A stretch of 64,000 nt of DNA from Octopus vulgaris. Lineage: Eukaryota. Where the stretch lies: assembly GCA_951406725.2 (NCBI GenBank), contig OX597833.1:37200001-37264000 (forward strand), in the 5' to 3' direction. The notes beneath the pieces were generated by a model. The model made no database searches, had not been told where the DNA came from, and was given only the letters and a program-made list of their open reading frames with translations. Within the stretch, counting starts at the first letter, position 1. Each line of letters begins with the position of its first letter. This document shows positions 38,687-51,300 of the stretch, one piece after another. The position numbers were made by a program, and so were the translations under genes.

Positions 38687-39219
38687 GTATGTAAAAATTT
38701 TTTTAATCTTCAGATTTTTTTCAAATATGCTAGGCCACTGGTTTTAATTGATTAATATCAATTTCTACCCTTATTTAATTTATATATATATTTATAATAA
38801 GTGTAGATCGTATACGAGTGGGTATATATTTATAAAAAAGAAGTTTGAAAACACCACTATATAAGATAAATTTTAATTTTCTTGAAAAAACGAACCTTAT
38901 CAAAAATATTTTAAAAAGTTAAGTGTAATAAAAAAGTTCATAATTGTTTCTTACTGGTCTCAGCAGAATCCACGTGATTGTTTTTAGCAGTGACTGTTGG
39001 TTGTAGTAGTAGTAGTAGTAGTAGTAGTAACCATGGTGGTGGTGGTTGGGGTTGCAGCAGCTCATTGGTTATAGCAGCTTAGCTGTGGTAGCAGCAGCAA
39101 CAGTGGAGGACTGTTGATCGTAGTAGTAATAGTAGCGACCATGGTGGTTGTAGTAATAGTAGCAGTAGTCGTGGTGGTAGTGGTAGAATTCCATTTTTCT
39201 TTTCGGAAGACCAATGTAT

Positions 39220-39680
39220 TTTAATGTTCCTGGCCCAGTGTGTTCAAACTTGGTCCAAATTTTCCAATGAAATAAAGTTCTTTATTTTGGCATTGAGTGA
39301 AGGTTACGCTGTCACTGAATTTGTAAAGTGGGCAAGTTGTGAATTGGGGAATTTTATTTGAAGCACATCTATATGTCCATTGACTGGTATTTTCCTGTAT
39401 TCAGGATTTCTAATTTGAGATTTATGCACCACCATCCTTTTTCGTAAGCTGTTTTTTGTATGGCCTATATACTGCCTATTGCACCCTGCGCATTTTAAGA
39501 CGTAAATTAAGTTTTCTGATGCACAGGTGAAGTTTGTTCTGATGGTAAACTGATGGCCTTGTTCTAATGTGAATTCTGAACCTTCTACCAAGATGACACA
39601 GATTCCGCAGTTGGGCTTTCCACATTTTCTAACTGCTGGTTTTGTGGTTGTTGTTGAGTGCAGTTTAGCTTGGGTTAAAA
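39220..39680 (-). mobile_element. Penelope-like element GIY-YIG endonuclease fragment
   Basis: KCGKPNCGIC followed by FTCASENLIYVLKCAGCNRQYIGHTKNSLRKRMVVHKSQI. Confidence 0.9.
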
Positions 39681-40699
39681 TCTTTTTTTTTTTAAATATA
39701 ACAAAGACAGTATCTTTGTTTACATTTCTATAAGTTCTGTCACTTGAATCCTTTATGTCGTACTTTTCTTGAAATCACATTTTCACAATTTTTCTTTAAC
39801 CTTATAAGTCACAGGTCAGAACCAAACAGTGATATTTTCCTTCAACATCATCAGCATTTGTGTAACTTCTTGATTGTCCTTTTATTTTCATAAACTTTTT
39901 TCTCTCTCTTATATAACATGAAAGAACATTTGCTTTCAATAGCTTTTTTTTTTTTTGTTATTTCTATGTCAAGTGATCGTAGAGCAACATGAAATGGTGT
40001 GTTTTGCTCAAGAATACAGTGCATTGCCTAGTTCAGGAATCAAAAGCATGGTTTTATGATCATAAGTGCAACTCCATAAACCATTAGGCTACATGCCTTC
40101 ATATTATTACATACACACACGTATTTGTTCATACATCTATATACATGTATATGTATATATTTATCTGTATTAATATTTTTTTTATTCATTCTGCTTGTTT
40201 CACCCAGTGGTTGTGGCCATGATGGAGTGCTGCCTTTGGTGCAGTTGTTAGTTCATATCATTTCACTTCCATGGCCTTTGATTTTGGTGAATGGGAGAGT
40301 TGGGTCAACACTACACTTTTTGTGTTTTTTGCCATGATAAGGCAATTTTTTTCAATATCAACTCATTACTCTGGATGGAGAAGGTGAAACCCTTTGGTAC
40401 TATATAGTTGCTTCTAGTTTAGAATTTGGCATAGCTTTCAATCCCAAATGTTGGCACTAGACTATTCATAATCTTGTGAAACTGTCCTACCCATGCTATC
40501 ATGGAAGGTGGATGTTAAACGACGATGATTATGATGATCACTGCATATCAGTCATGTCTTTATTCCAAGAAGTAAAGCTTCAGTTCTATTTGTCTCTTTC
40601 TGTAGTTTTGGTGTAACTAGTGTTGGATTTTCATGTGCTCCATTATTTGTTTGATGCTATATGGTAACCATAACTTGAAGCAATAATTCAAGGAAATGT

Positions 40700-41960
40700 A
40701 AACAGTTGTTCTCTCCAGGACCAACATGGTTTCTTTCCTTTCTTGTTTTGAAACTTCTCAGGATCTAACCAGCCAGTCGCCTGCACATTTCTGTTGTCTT
40801 AATATTACGGAAACAGAATCATGCATTATTACTCATGAGGATTCCTAGGTCATGCACTGATTTTGACTGTGTAATTTGGTTATGATTTGTTAGCAGAGCA
40901 CTTGAAGCTTTTGAGCATTGTACTGCTTTCTTCAGCCCAGTTATATATTGTACTGTAGGTTTGTAACATTGTCGGGATTCTCAATTGCCTGTGATACTTT
41001 TGTACTGTCAACATTGGTGGTGAGAGGCTGACTGTGTTTCATTGCAAGTTTCAGAGAGTAATGGTTCCAGTACAATTCCCTGAGGGATTTTGCTTGCAAT
41101 TGGTATCTCCTCAAAGAGAGAACCTGTCAATGCAACAGCCTGACTCCTACCTTTTAGAATGTCATGCTGTCACTCAGTTTGTAACATCATTCCACAGTTG
41201 ACTTCATGAAAGGCTTTCACAAAATCAAGATGTATCACTACAACATTTGAATGGTTGAGCTGCTGCTTCAGTACCCAGTTGTAATACTGTGGGAGCTGTC
41301 TGAAGTAGCTTCTTTATGGATTAAAACTATACTGCATATCAGAGATTTTTTTTCTAGGAATGTAATCTAATTCCCTCTCACAATGTGTTCCATGATTTTC
41401 CTGATGTGTGAGGTCAAAGAAAGAGGCCTGTCATTATATAACTACTGTTCTTTTTCTTTTATGGATAGAATGTATACCCTAGTTTAATTCTGGGGGATGT
41501 TTAGTACATACAAAGAACCCGCAGTATCTGTAGTGTTTTAGCTTAAGCCTTCTTGGATGTTTTTAAAAAAACTTGCTGGAAACCCTTAGGACCTGTTGCT
41601 GAGTTCAAGCTCATGTCATTAATGTATTACAATATATTACATCCTCCTTTTTTATGTTGATGTAGTCAATGGTTGTCACTTCCTTGTGAAGAGCTGGGAT
41701 GTTGAAGAACTGATCTGGCCTGTTATTTGCATATCTCCCAGCATGGCAGTGGAAATACTTTGGAATTTTTATCCGGTATTTCACTTAAACTTTTGGGGTT
41801 TGCAGTTCGTAAGCTATTTCCTTCAATTAATGGCTCTATATTGTAATGCGCACTGATGGATTCATTAGCAAATTTGTGACTGACCTTTGGGTTCATTTGA
41901 TATTTTTTCAGCTGCCTTGGTTTCCCTACCTCTCTTCTTTGCACTAGGGAATTTGAATTA
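40700..41960 (-). mobile_element. degraded RT region of the APE LINE family of 58754-62652
   Basis: NPKV, SATGPKG, ISLTSHIRK-like, VIHLDFVKAF and PQGIVL remnants. Confidence 0.75.
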
Positions 41961-42794
41961 ATTTGCAATCTCTGAAAGTGTCCTTAAATGGGATTCCTCG
42001 CTCTCTTTAAATTCCATCAAAAAATATAACAGTTACCTAAGTGGAGTTAGCTCTTTTTGAACCCTGAAGAAATCCAACCATAAAATAGTATGAATGTGGC
42101 AATTTTCTTGACATTAAATAACATGTTTTGGACATCCCCAACTACTTTTTGGTTTGACAGAAACATATATTTAGCTTTTTCTTAAGTTTTTTTCTTAACT
42201 TCTTTTGAGCTTTCAACTTCCAATTTACTTGTAATGTTTTTGAAAAAAAAAAAGTCATCTTTCTACAACATGCAAATAAATCAGTAATTACATCCATTTA
42301 TTCTCTATTTTCGTCTTGTTTTTCCCTCAATGTATGTGTATATATATGTATGTGTATATTATTGACAATCCAATAATTTATTTATATTATAATATACTAT
42401 GAATATAACATAAACAATTATTTTTTTAAAAAAACCATAAAAGGCCAACAAATTGTTTCAACTTATATTTAATTTATCTTTATAATTGCATTATATCAAT
42501 ATCTATATGGTGTTCAACTGACGCACCAGTGAATTGGATGTTTAACACACCCCTTTGAAAGATCTCTTTTCCTCAGTTTGTTACTTTATATATATATATA
42601 TATATAAATAAGAAAATGAAGAAACAATTTAGTTGGTTCATCGGCTTTTGGATATTAGAATGTTGACTTATTTATTTAACAAAAACGAGAGCCTTAATAA
42701 CATACATACATACATACATTATAATTCAATACATATAAGATAAGAATACAATTATAAAAATTTTAATATATATTATTGAAATCATTAAAATCAC

Positions 42795-42906
42795 TCTTAC
42801 AGCTGTTTCAGCCTATGGGAAAAAAGTAGTTTTTTACAGCGCCTACAGTTGTCAATTATATCGAGGTTGTAGGCATTTAAAAATAGGGTACTTATCTCGT
42901 CAGAGA
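42795..42906 (-). ncRNA. type I hammerhead ribozyme-like motif with long stem II (Penelope-type)
   Basis: Minus strand TCT-CTGACGA-[86 nt with nested stems]-GAAA-CAGCTG-TA-AGA, with a palindromic stem III. Confidence 0.55.
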
Positions 42907-42990
42907 TTATAAAGAACTTCAAAAATATAAATACATGAAACAGGATACATGTACAATTTAATATATATAAATATAAACAAATATCCATAT

Positions 42991-43025
<35 letters not shown>

Positions 43026-43806
43026 AACATATTTAGACCAGGGTTGTTACAATATTGTTCTTCTTCATATACACGAGTCCATGCGTATGGGCAACAAATA
43101 GAAGCAACATGTACATATATATACATACGTACAAATATACACCAATATCTATATGAGGATTTTTTTTTCCTTTCGTTACAGTTAAATTATAAGTATATGC
43201 TTATCCATCGATAAAATATCATTTCACAGAATATTTCATAAGAAAACATTCATTAAGATATAATAGATAAGCTATAAGAGCCATGTTATATATTAATATT
43301 TTAGAGTTTTAAAACTATTGGGGGTTAGGGAGCGATTATTTTTAATCATAAGCTATATCTAATTGGTTAACAAATTTGAATTTCTACGTCTCAGTTATTG
43401 TTAGTTAATAGAAGACTGAATGATTAAGTAAATATACTGTGATAATCTCTCATACTTACAATGTATATCCTTAAATTAACTTTCAAATATTAATCGTAAA
43501 CAAAGAATTCTTATGATAAGCAATACAAGTGTAAGTTAATACATGAATATTTATCTACAAAATTTAATAAAGCATATAGAATTTCAACCATATGTTATAT
43601 AGATTTTATATATATGTATATACACACATATGCACATATAAACATACATACACACATACATATGCAAAAGTAAATATATCCGCGCACATATAAAAATACA
43701 ACTATACATACAACTAACTACACAGGTAAATATATATCCTAATTTAAATATATAAATACACATGTATCTACATAAGTATAAGCTAGACTACACACACACA
43801 CACACG

Positions 43807-43842
<36 letters not shown>

Positions 43843-43964
43843 CACACACACACATTCACCTACCTATAATACCTAATATACATAATTAATAACTGAAAAC
43901 AATAACTGAAAACTTATACATACATATGCACATATATATATACATATATCTACACATACATACA

Positions 43965-43995
<31 letters not shown>

Positions 43996-44034
43996 ACATA
44001 CGTTAAATGATGATGATATACATATATAAATCAT

Positions 44035-44680
44035 CTTCTTCTTTAGAGGTCCATTGGTGCCTTTGAGTGGCACTTCAGGCAGTCAGTAACTGTCAGTTAT
44101 CTCTGTCTCTCGCCAACCGGTATGCTTCTTCCCAGGTGATGTTCAGTCTGTATAGTCCTTCTTTGAAGGTACTATACCATGTTTCTTTTTCTCTTACCTT
44201 CCAACAGCATTCAGCCCATAGCTGTTTTAGCAAGCCTCTCCTCTAGCAGTCTTAGTATGTGTCCAGTAATTTTCATTCATCATTCGGTTACTCTTGCTGC
44301 TTGAAGAATGGCTTCATTTGTCACTCTGTCTCGATAAGTGATTCTTAGGGTTTTTCGGAGGTACTCTGATGAAATACTTTGAATTGGCAGATGATTTTTG
44401 CTTTCATCTTCCAAGTTTTAGCTGCATAGATCACTATTGGCAGTATTGTTGTTTTGTACAGACAAATCTTCAGCTCTATACTTACGTTACTGCTACACCA
44501 AAGTGCTGTCAGTCTTCTGAATACTGCCACTGCCTTGCCAGTTCTCAAACTTACATCTGTCCCTGCATCACTGTTGCTTGTTACAATGCTTTCCATATAT
44601 GTGAAGCTTATAACTTCTTCAACTGGTTCTTGTCCAACTTTCACTGGTACACCTTCTACTTGTTTCCCAATTTGCATTAC
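44035..44680 (-). mobile_element. RTE-clade LINE 3' fragment (second RTE family)
   Basis: VEEVISFTYMESIV..DVSLRTGKAVAVFRRL..KICLYKTTILPIVIYAAKTW, with an (AAG/GAT)-type tail at about 44035. Confidence 0.85.
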
Positions 44681-45119
44681 CTTCGTTTTATATCATCATC
44701 TGCTTTCTATGCTGGCATGAGTTAGGTGGTTTGACTGAAACTGGTAAGCTGGTGAGCTCACCAGGTTCCAATCTGATTTGGTTTGGCTTCTATGGCTGGA
44801 TGCCTTTCCTAACACCAACCACTCCAAGAGTGTAATGGGTGCTTTTTACATGCCATTGATGCGGGTGCCAGTTATGTGACACTAGCATCAGCCACAACTA
44901 CAATTTCACTTGGCTTGACGAGTCCTTCTCAAGCATAGCATATTGCTAAAAGTCTCAATCATTTATCACCTCCGTGAAGCCCAACATTCAAAGGGTGCTT
45001 TTTATGTGCCACTAACAAAGGTACTCATTATGTGATACTGGCATTGGCCATGATTACGGTTTCACCTAGCTTGGCAGGTCTTCTCAAGCACCATCATCTT
45101 TTTAACTTAGTTCAAGATT

Positions 45120-45731
45120 TAATGCCCATGTGCTTGAGGAGACCTGTTGAGTCAAGTACATGAACATGAACGTCGAAATAAATATCAATGGAAATAGTAG
45201 TTGTGATGCCTGTGCCGGTGGCACATAAAAAGCACCATCCGAACATGGCTGTAGCCAGCACTGACTCGACTGGCTTCTGTGCTGGTGGCACATAAAAAGC
45301 ACTATCCGAACGTGCCCAATGCCAGCGCCGCCCCGACTGGCTTCTGTGCCGGTGGCACATAAAAAGCACCATCCAAACGTGGCTGATGCCTATCGCCGCC
45401 CCGACTGGCTTCTGTGCCAGTGGCACATAAAAAGCACCATCCGAACGTTGCCAGCACCGCCTTGGCTGGCTTCCATGCCGCTGGCACGTTAAAAGCTCCA
45501 ACCAATCGTGGACAATGCCAGACCCCCCCCCCCCCGGCACCTGTGCAGGTGGCACGTAAAAAGCACCCACTACACTCGCGGAGTGGTTGGCGTTAGGAAG
45601 GGCATCCAGCCGTAGAAACTCTGCCAGATCAAACTGGAGCCTGGAGCAGCTCCTGGCTTCCCAGACCCCGGTCGAACTGTCCAACCCGTGCTAGCGCGGA
45701 AAACGGACGTTAAACGATGATGATGATGATG
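45120..45731 (+). mobile_element. RTE 3' UTR copy with six diverged hairpin units and (GAT)n tail
   Basis: Repeated TGTGCCGGTGGCACATAAAAAGCACCATCCGAAC with variable linkers, and the same tail as 1855-2109. Confidence 0.88.
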
Positions 45732-46717
45732 TACCATGCTTGCATGAGTTGGATGCAGCTTATCGAGGCAGATTTTCTATGGCTAGATTCCCTTGTCACC
45801 CCTCACTTGTTTTCAAACAGGGTAATATTTTCTCATGGCCAGGCATATTTTTGCAGAATATTGGAAATGAATGAAACTGCTTGTATGATAGTGAGTCATT
45901 TACAACTTTAAGGCAATATGAAAAAAGTTAGGAGATACAAACAGACACACATACATATACAATGGGCTTCTTTCAGTTTCCATCTACCAAATCCACTTAC
46001 AAAGTTTTAATTGGTCTGAGACTATAGTAGATGACACCTATCCAAAGTGCCATATAGTAGGACTGAACCCAGAACCATGCGTTTGAGAAGCAAACATACA
46101 CACACACATGCCTGTGTCTATATATAAATATATATATATATATATATAGTAGATTACATCTACCCAAAGTGTCATGCAGTAGGACTGAATCCAGAATCAT
46201 GTGTTTGGGAAGAAAACCTACCACACACCCATGCCTGGTCCTCTGTGTGTGTGTGCACGCGCATACACATACAAAACTACATATACATGCTTATACCCCC
46301 AAATATACCGATGTGTGTATATATGCTCACCATCATTTCTACTTCTACTTTCCCATGCTTGTATAGATCAGATGAAAGTTATGTTGGGGTAAGATTTTCT
46401 GCAGTTGCATACCCTTCCTGTGACCAATCATCTTGTTTCCAAAAGAGGTTGTAATCTCTAAGTGTGTTGAATAGCAAACAGCCTGGACATGTATTTTATC
46501 TAAGAAATGGAAACAAATGGTACCATATGAAAGAGTTTTTTGTTTACAAATTTCGTATAAGGATGTCCAGACAGCCTTTCAACTCTCTCACACTAACACA
46601 TGCATATAGTTAATGTTTATTTTTATGCTAAGATTTGTGTATATATATATATATATATTTTTTATTTTATTATATTATATATATATTTTATTTTATTATA
46701 TTATATATATATATATT

Positions 46718-46758
<41 letters not shown>

Positions 46759-46769
46759 TATATATATTT

Positions 46770-47152
46770 ACTCTTTTTTTTTACTTGTTTCAGTCATTTG
46801 ACTGCAACCATGCTGGAGCACCGCCTTTAATCGAACAACTCGACCCCAGGACTTATTCTTTCGGTACTTATTCTATCGGTCTCTTTTGCCGAACCGCTAA
46901 GTAACGGGGACATAAACACAGCAGCATCGGTTGTCAAGCAATGCTAGGGGGACAAACACAGACACACAAACACACACACATACATATATACGACGGGCTT
47001 CTTTCAGTTTCCATCTACCAAATCCACTCACAAGGCTTTGGTCGGCCCGAGGCTATTGTAGAAGACACTTGCCCAAGGTGCCACGCAGTGGGACTGAACC
47101 CAGAACCATGTGGTTGGTAAACAAGCTACTTACCACACAGCCACTCCTGCAC
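46770..47152 (-). mobile_element. full-length tRNA SINE, same family as 22650-23040
   Basis: Near-identical reverse complement, embedded in (TA)n. Confidence 0.9.
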
Positions 47153-47275
47153 CATATATATATATATATATATATATAACGGGAAGCTTTATGAAAATAA
47201 ACAAAAGACGAAGGCAGGTGGAATATAAACAAACAATTGTATTAGTATGGCGCTCAGGAATATAAATAAAACAAG

Positions 47276-47313
47276 TCTTTTACGTTTCGAGCCTACGCTC
47301 TTCAACAGAAAGA
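47276..47313 (-). ncRNA. minimal type I hammerhead ribozyme-like motif in a ~195-bp element (47179-47373)
   Basis: Minus strand TCTTT-CTGTTGA-A-GAGC-GTAG-GCTC-GAAA-CG-TA-AAAGA: 5-bp stem I, 4-bp stem II and palindromic ACGT stem III. Confidence 0.65.
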
Positions 47314-48734
47314 TACACAGAAAAGAAACAAGGAGAGAAAAATAATGTGTGCAGAGGCTAGCGAATCAACATGGTATATATATAAATAACATTAAACTGA
47401 AAGATTAAGTACTTTTAGTAAGAGACAGGTTTATTAATCTTTTACAAGGAAAGTTTAACAGTAACTCTGTAGTTTAATAAATATATATTTATGTGTGTGT
47501 AGGTGTATGTATAGATAAATGACATATAATGTGTGTGTGTATATATATATAGATAGATCCTGTAAATAATAGTAATAATTATAAACTTAGGGTTTATAAG
47601 TGTTCATGATGTACTGGCTAAACAAACAAATCTAATATTGGGGCATATAAGCCCTCAATAGAAAGTACTTATACCCACTTTTTTTTTCCATTGAAGTCAT
47701 ATTCCCCAATATTAGACTATTTTCTTTAGCCAATTCACAGTGAATACTTATAGGCTTTAAGCTTATAATTATTATTATTTACAGAATTTTTACTTGTCAC
47801 CTTTTCTTCATTTAACACAGAATACATACATACATGTATGTATGTGTATAGAAATAGATGTATATATAAAGTCATCATCATTTAGCATCCATTGTCCATG
47901 CTGGCATGGGTCACATTCATGTGTGTGTATATACATATGTATGTATACACACACATACATTGATATACTTATACCATAAAAAAATGATGACCTTTGAATG
48001 AAAAGGTCGTAGGTAATAAATTCATTAACATAACATATATTGCATATATTTGAAATAGATTTATATGTTAAGAACAATTGAATTTTAATTAAAATTATTT
48101 CAAGGGTTGGATCCAAAGAAAATTAATTATGATGAACAATTTATATAAATTGTTTTCATATTCTTTTGAGGTTAAAATGATAAAAAAATTTGTTATTAAT
48201 TATTAAATTATTTCTTCATCTACTATTTTGTGAAATAACTGGAGGACCTGTACCATTAAAAATGACTGTGATTCATACATATATTAACAGTTATATTCAT
48301 GACAGATGTCAAGGATGGTAGAAAAAGTTTCTTGCTTGCAGATTAGTTACTTTGGTTCATATGTGAATGATATTGTCTGCAAAATCCCTTGAAAATTTTC
48401 ATCCCTAAAATGAGTTGAAGTCATGGTCATCTACCACTGGACTATGTAATAGGAAATTATGTAAACTATAAATATATGAATAATTTAGCAGGACAGAAAG
48501 GATTATTTTTTCATTGTGGGACAGGGAAGAAATAAAAATATTTAAAAATTTGGGATTTTTCTGGCGTTAGATATTACCCTATACTTTTTATGTTTCAGTA
48601 TGTATTTGATTGAGAGGTGCATGTGTGTGAATATGGATGCATATGTTACTCTGTGTTTGCGTGTGTGAATATGTATGCATATGTTACTGTCTGTTTTAGT
48701 ATGCATATGTAGAGCGAATGTAGTTTATTTTTTT

Positions 48735-49717
48735 CATATTTTTTCCATCCAAATGATTTTGAAGACTGTGGAATAAATGATAATCTGGTGGGGCAATGTC
48801 CGGCAAATGTTCAGCCTTTGGAATGTCAGCCTCACTGTATGTGGCCGAGAATTATCCTGTTGGAAAAACACCTTTTGTCTTGAAATCAAAGGTGGTAATT
48901 TTTCTTCTAGCACTGACAAGCTACTCACAGTAGATCTCCTTTGTTATTATTTGGTTTGGGTTTAAAAGTTCAAAGTGGACTAACACTTTTATATCCTACC
49001 AAAGAGAAAACAACACCATATGTGGATGAAAACCTTCTTTAGTCTAAGTTGCCGGTGTTTCTCCTTTCCCTACCCATTGTTTTTGGCACTTGACATTTTT
49101 ATAGAGAACCCATTTCTCATCACCAGTCACTATTCGGTCCAAAAAGGTTCATTCATGAGATGTAACAGCAAAGAAGAACACACATTCACTCTCTGCATGT
49201 GATTAGACTCAAAAAGTTAGTGAGGGACCGTTTGACCCAATTTGCTGACTTTTCCCATGACATGCAGGTGTTGATGAATGGTTGAATGACCAAATCCAAG
49301 CTTCTCTGCTAGTTCCTCAACAGTTATGATGGGATTTTGTTCCAGCAGGGTTTGCAGGATATACTCGTGAAGCTCTACAGATCTTCCAGGATGAGGCTTG
49401 TCTTTTAGCTGTAGTTTCCAGCTCAGAATTTCTGGAACCATCGTTGACACTGGCTTATGCTTATTGTCTGATCCCCATATCAATATTCCTTGCACTTTCC
49501 ATTATGTTGTTGCTTTTATTGAACTCATAAAGCAAAATATGCCAAATGTGCTCCTTTGTCACTTCCATTATTGATTTGAAAAATAACTGTTATTGTCAAA
49601 CTGCACTCTTCAAAACTTGCACTAAGAATAAGTAGAATGTACAAATTGATACAGGTAGTTTATCCCGTCTCCCTCCGCAATAGAAAAAAAATGCATTATT
49701 TATGAGATGACCCAATA
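48735..49717 (-). mobile_element. mariner (DD34D) transposon relic, one TIR visible
   Basis: HTH VEELAEKLGFGHSTIHQHL, then VTGDEKWVLY, FQQDNSRPH and PSDYHLFHSLQN. TIR-like ATGCATTATTTATGAGATGACCCAATA at 49691-49717. Confidence 0.88.
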
Positions 49718-50059
49718 TTATCAAGATATTGTTTTCCAGCCAGATGCTATTCCTGTTGGTAACCCATACTTATATATTATAGATGAGATATCTTATTCCA
49801 CAAGTGATTGAAGGCACAAATCCAGCAGATGACTCATTGCTGCATAATGCTCAGAGAATTGCAAATGTAAACACAAAACACACACGCTCATACATAGACA
49901 TACAACAAGCTTCTTTGAATTTCTGTCTACCAAATATGTTGTGTGTGTTGTGTATGTAGGTCTCTTCTGTTTTTATTCATTTAAATTCTTCCTCTAAAGA
50001 AGGAATTCTAACAAAGGTACAAAGCTCCATATTTGGAATGTAGATAATGAAAATAGTCT

Positions 50060-51300
50060 CACATTTTAAACCTGAGAAAAGTCTTACATACTTTTACCAT
50101 TCTGCTTACAGATTGTATTTGTAATGTGCGAATCAGTTGGTTGATTTCCTTTTTCTGAAAATCCAATCTTATCCAAACTGATAGTTAGGCATTTACTTAC
50201 AAAACCAAGTACTCCAATTATTATTGATGTAAATGTAAATTTGTAATCCAGATATAGAAGCTAGAGGTTTCAAAGAAGTCGTCCATAGTTATCTTCTTTT
50301 TCTTAGATTTTCAAAGTGATATTCACATCTGCAGGACAGCTGACATCTGTGATAGTACATACTTTTTCTTGTCTGTCCCAAACAACAATATCTGGCCTGT
50401 TATGCTTACACTTCACAGATGTTTTTGATGAGAATGTTCCACCAGTATTCCTTGTGTATGTATTCAGTAACAGTGAGATTCTCTATATTTATTCCCGGAC
50501 AGTCTTTTTTTCTGAAAGGCATTGTTGTATATTATTTTTGCTGCATCATGTCACATAGGGAGGTAGCATCTCGATGACATTTTTGGGCAGCTGTTAATCA
50601 CATGTGTGATGTCTTCTGCAGAAATATGACATAATTTACATTTACATTTGCTTCTTGGAACTCCAAGGGCTTCACTGTCTCTTTTGTTCATTAGGTATTT
50701 AGTAACAATCTCCTGTTCTAGGATTGTAAATGCATAGTCTTCAAAGTATGATGTGATGTAGCAGTCATGAGTCCAAGAGAGGCTTTGCTTTATGTCAATA
50801 TTACTATCTTCTTTGAGTCTACAAGAAATCTACCCATGCATTGTCTTTTTCTGGTATGTTGAGCGTTTCACCTCCAAGTCTTCTTTGAGGTATGCTTGTC
50901 TGGCTGATTTGAGATTGTATGGGAGGTCATCAGGAAAAGAATACTTCCTGAGGAGCTCACTTCCAACACACAGGATATAGTTTTCTTCTGTTTCCACCAC
51001 TGTTAATGTATTTATTTCTACTGTTGTTGTCTAGCAAGTGCTGTCTGAGAGAGACTATGCGACATTCAAAGGCTGTCTGCACTCATCTCAAGCCTCTACC
51101 TCATTTATCTCTTCTTAGGTAGAGCCTGTCAATATCACTATTTTTGTAGAGACTTCCAGTTGGTGTTAGAATCTTGTGGGTTTTAATGTCTATGGAGTGG
51201 ATTTCTTCTACAGACCAGTCAAGTATTCCAAATGTTGGAATCAGCACTGATACTGCAAATGCATTCTGGGATATTGTCTTGTAAAAGGAAACTTTGGCCT
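50060..51300 (-). mobile_element. R4/Dong-like non-LTR retrotransposon C-terminal relic
   Basis: FEDYAFTILEQEI, CKLC..EDITHV, YLPM*HD, KHNRPDI and CTITDVSCPADVNI (CCHC finger plus RLE motifs). Confidence 0.8.

Noticed and set aside
34200-45570. CRISPR interpretation of the two hairpin arrays
   Set aside because: The context is eukaryotic, there are no cas genes, the spacers are homologous to each other, and the arrays lie inside RTE 3' ends.
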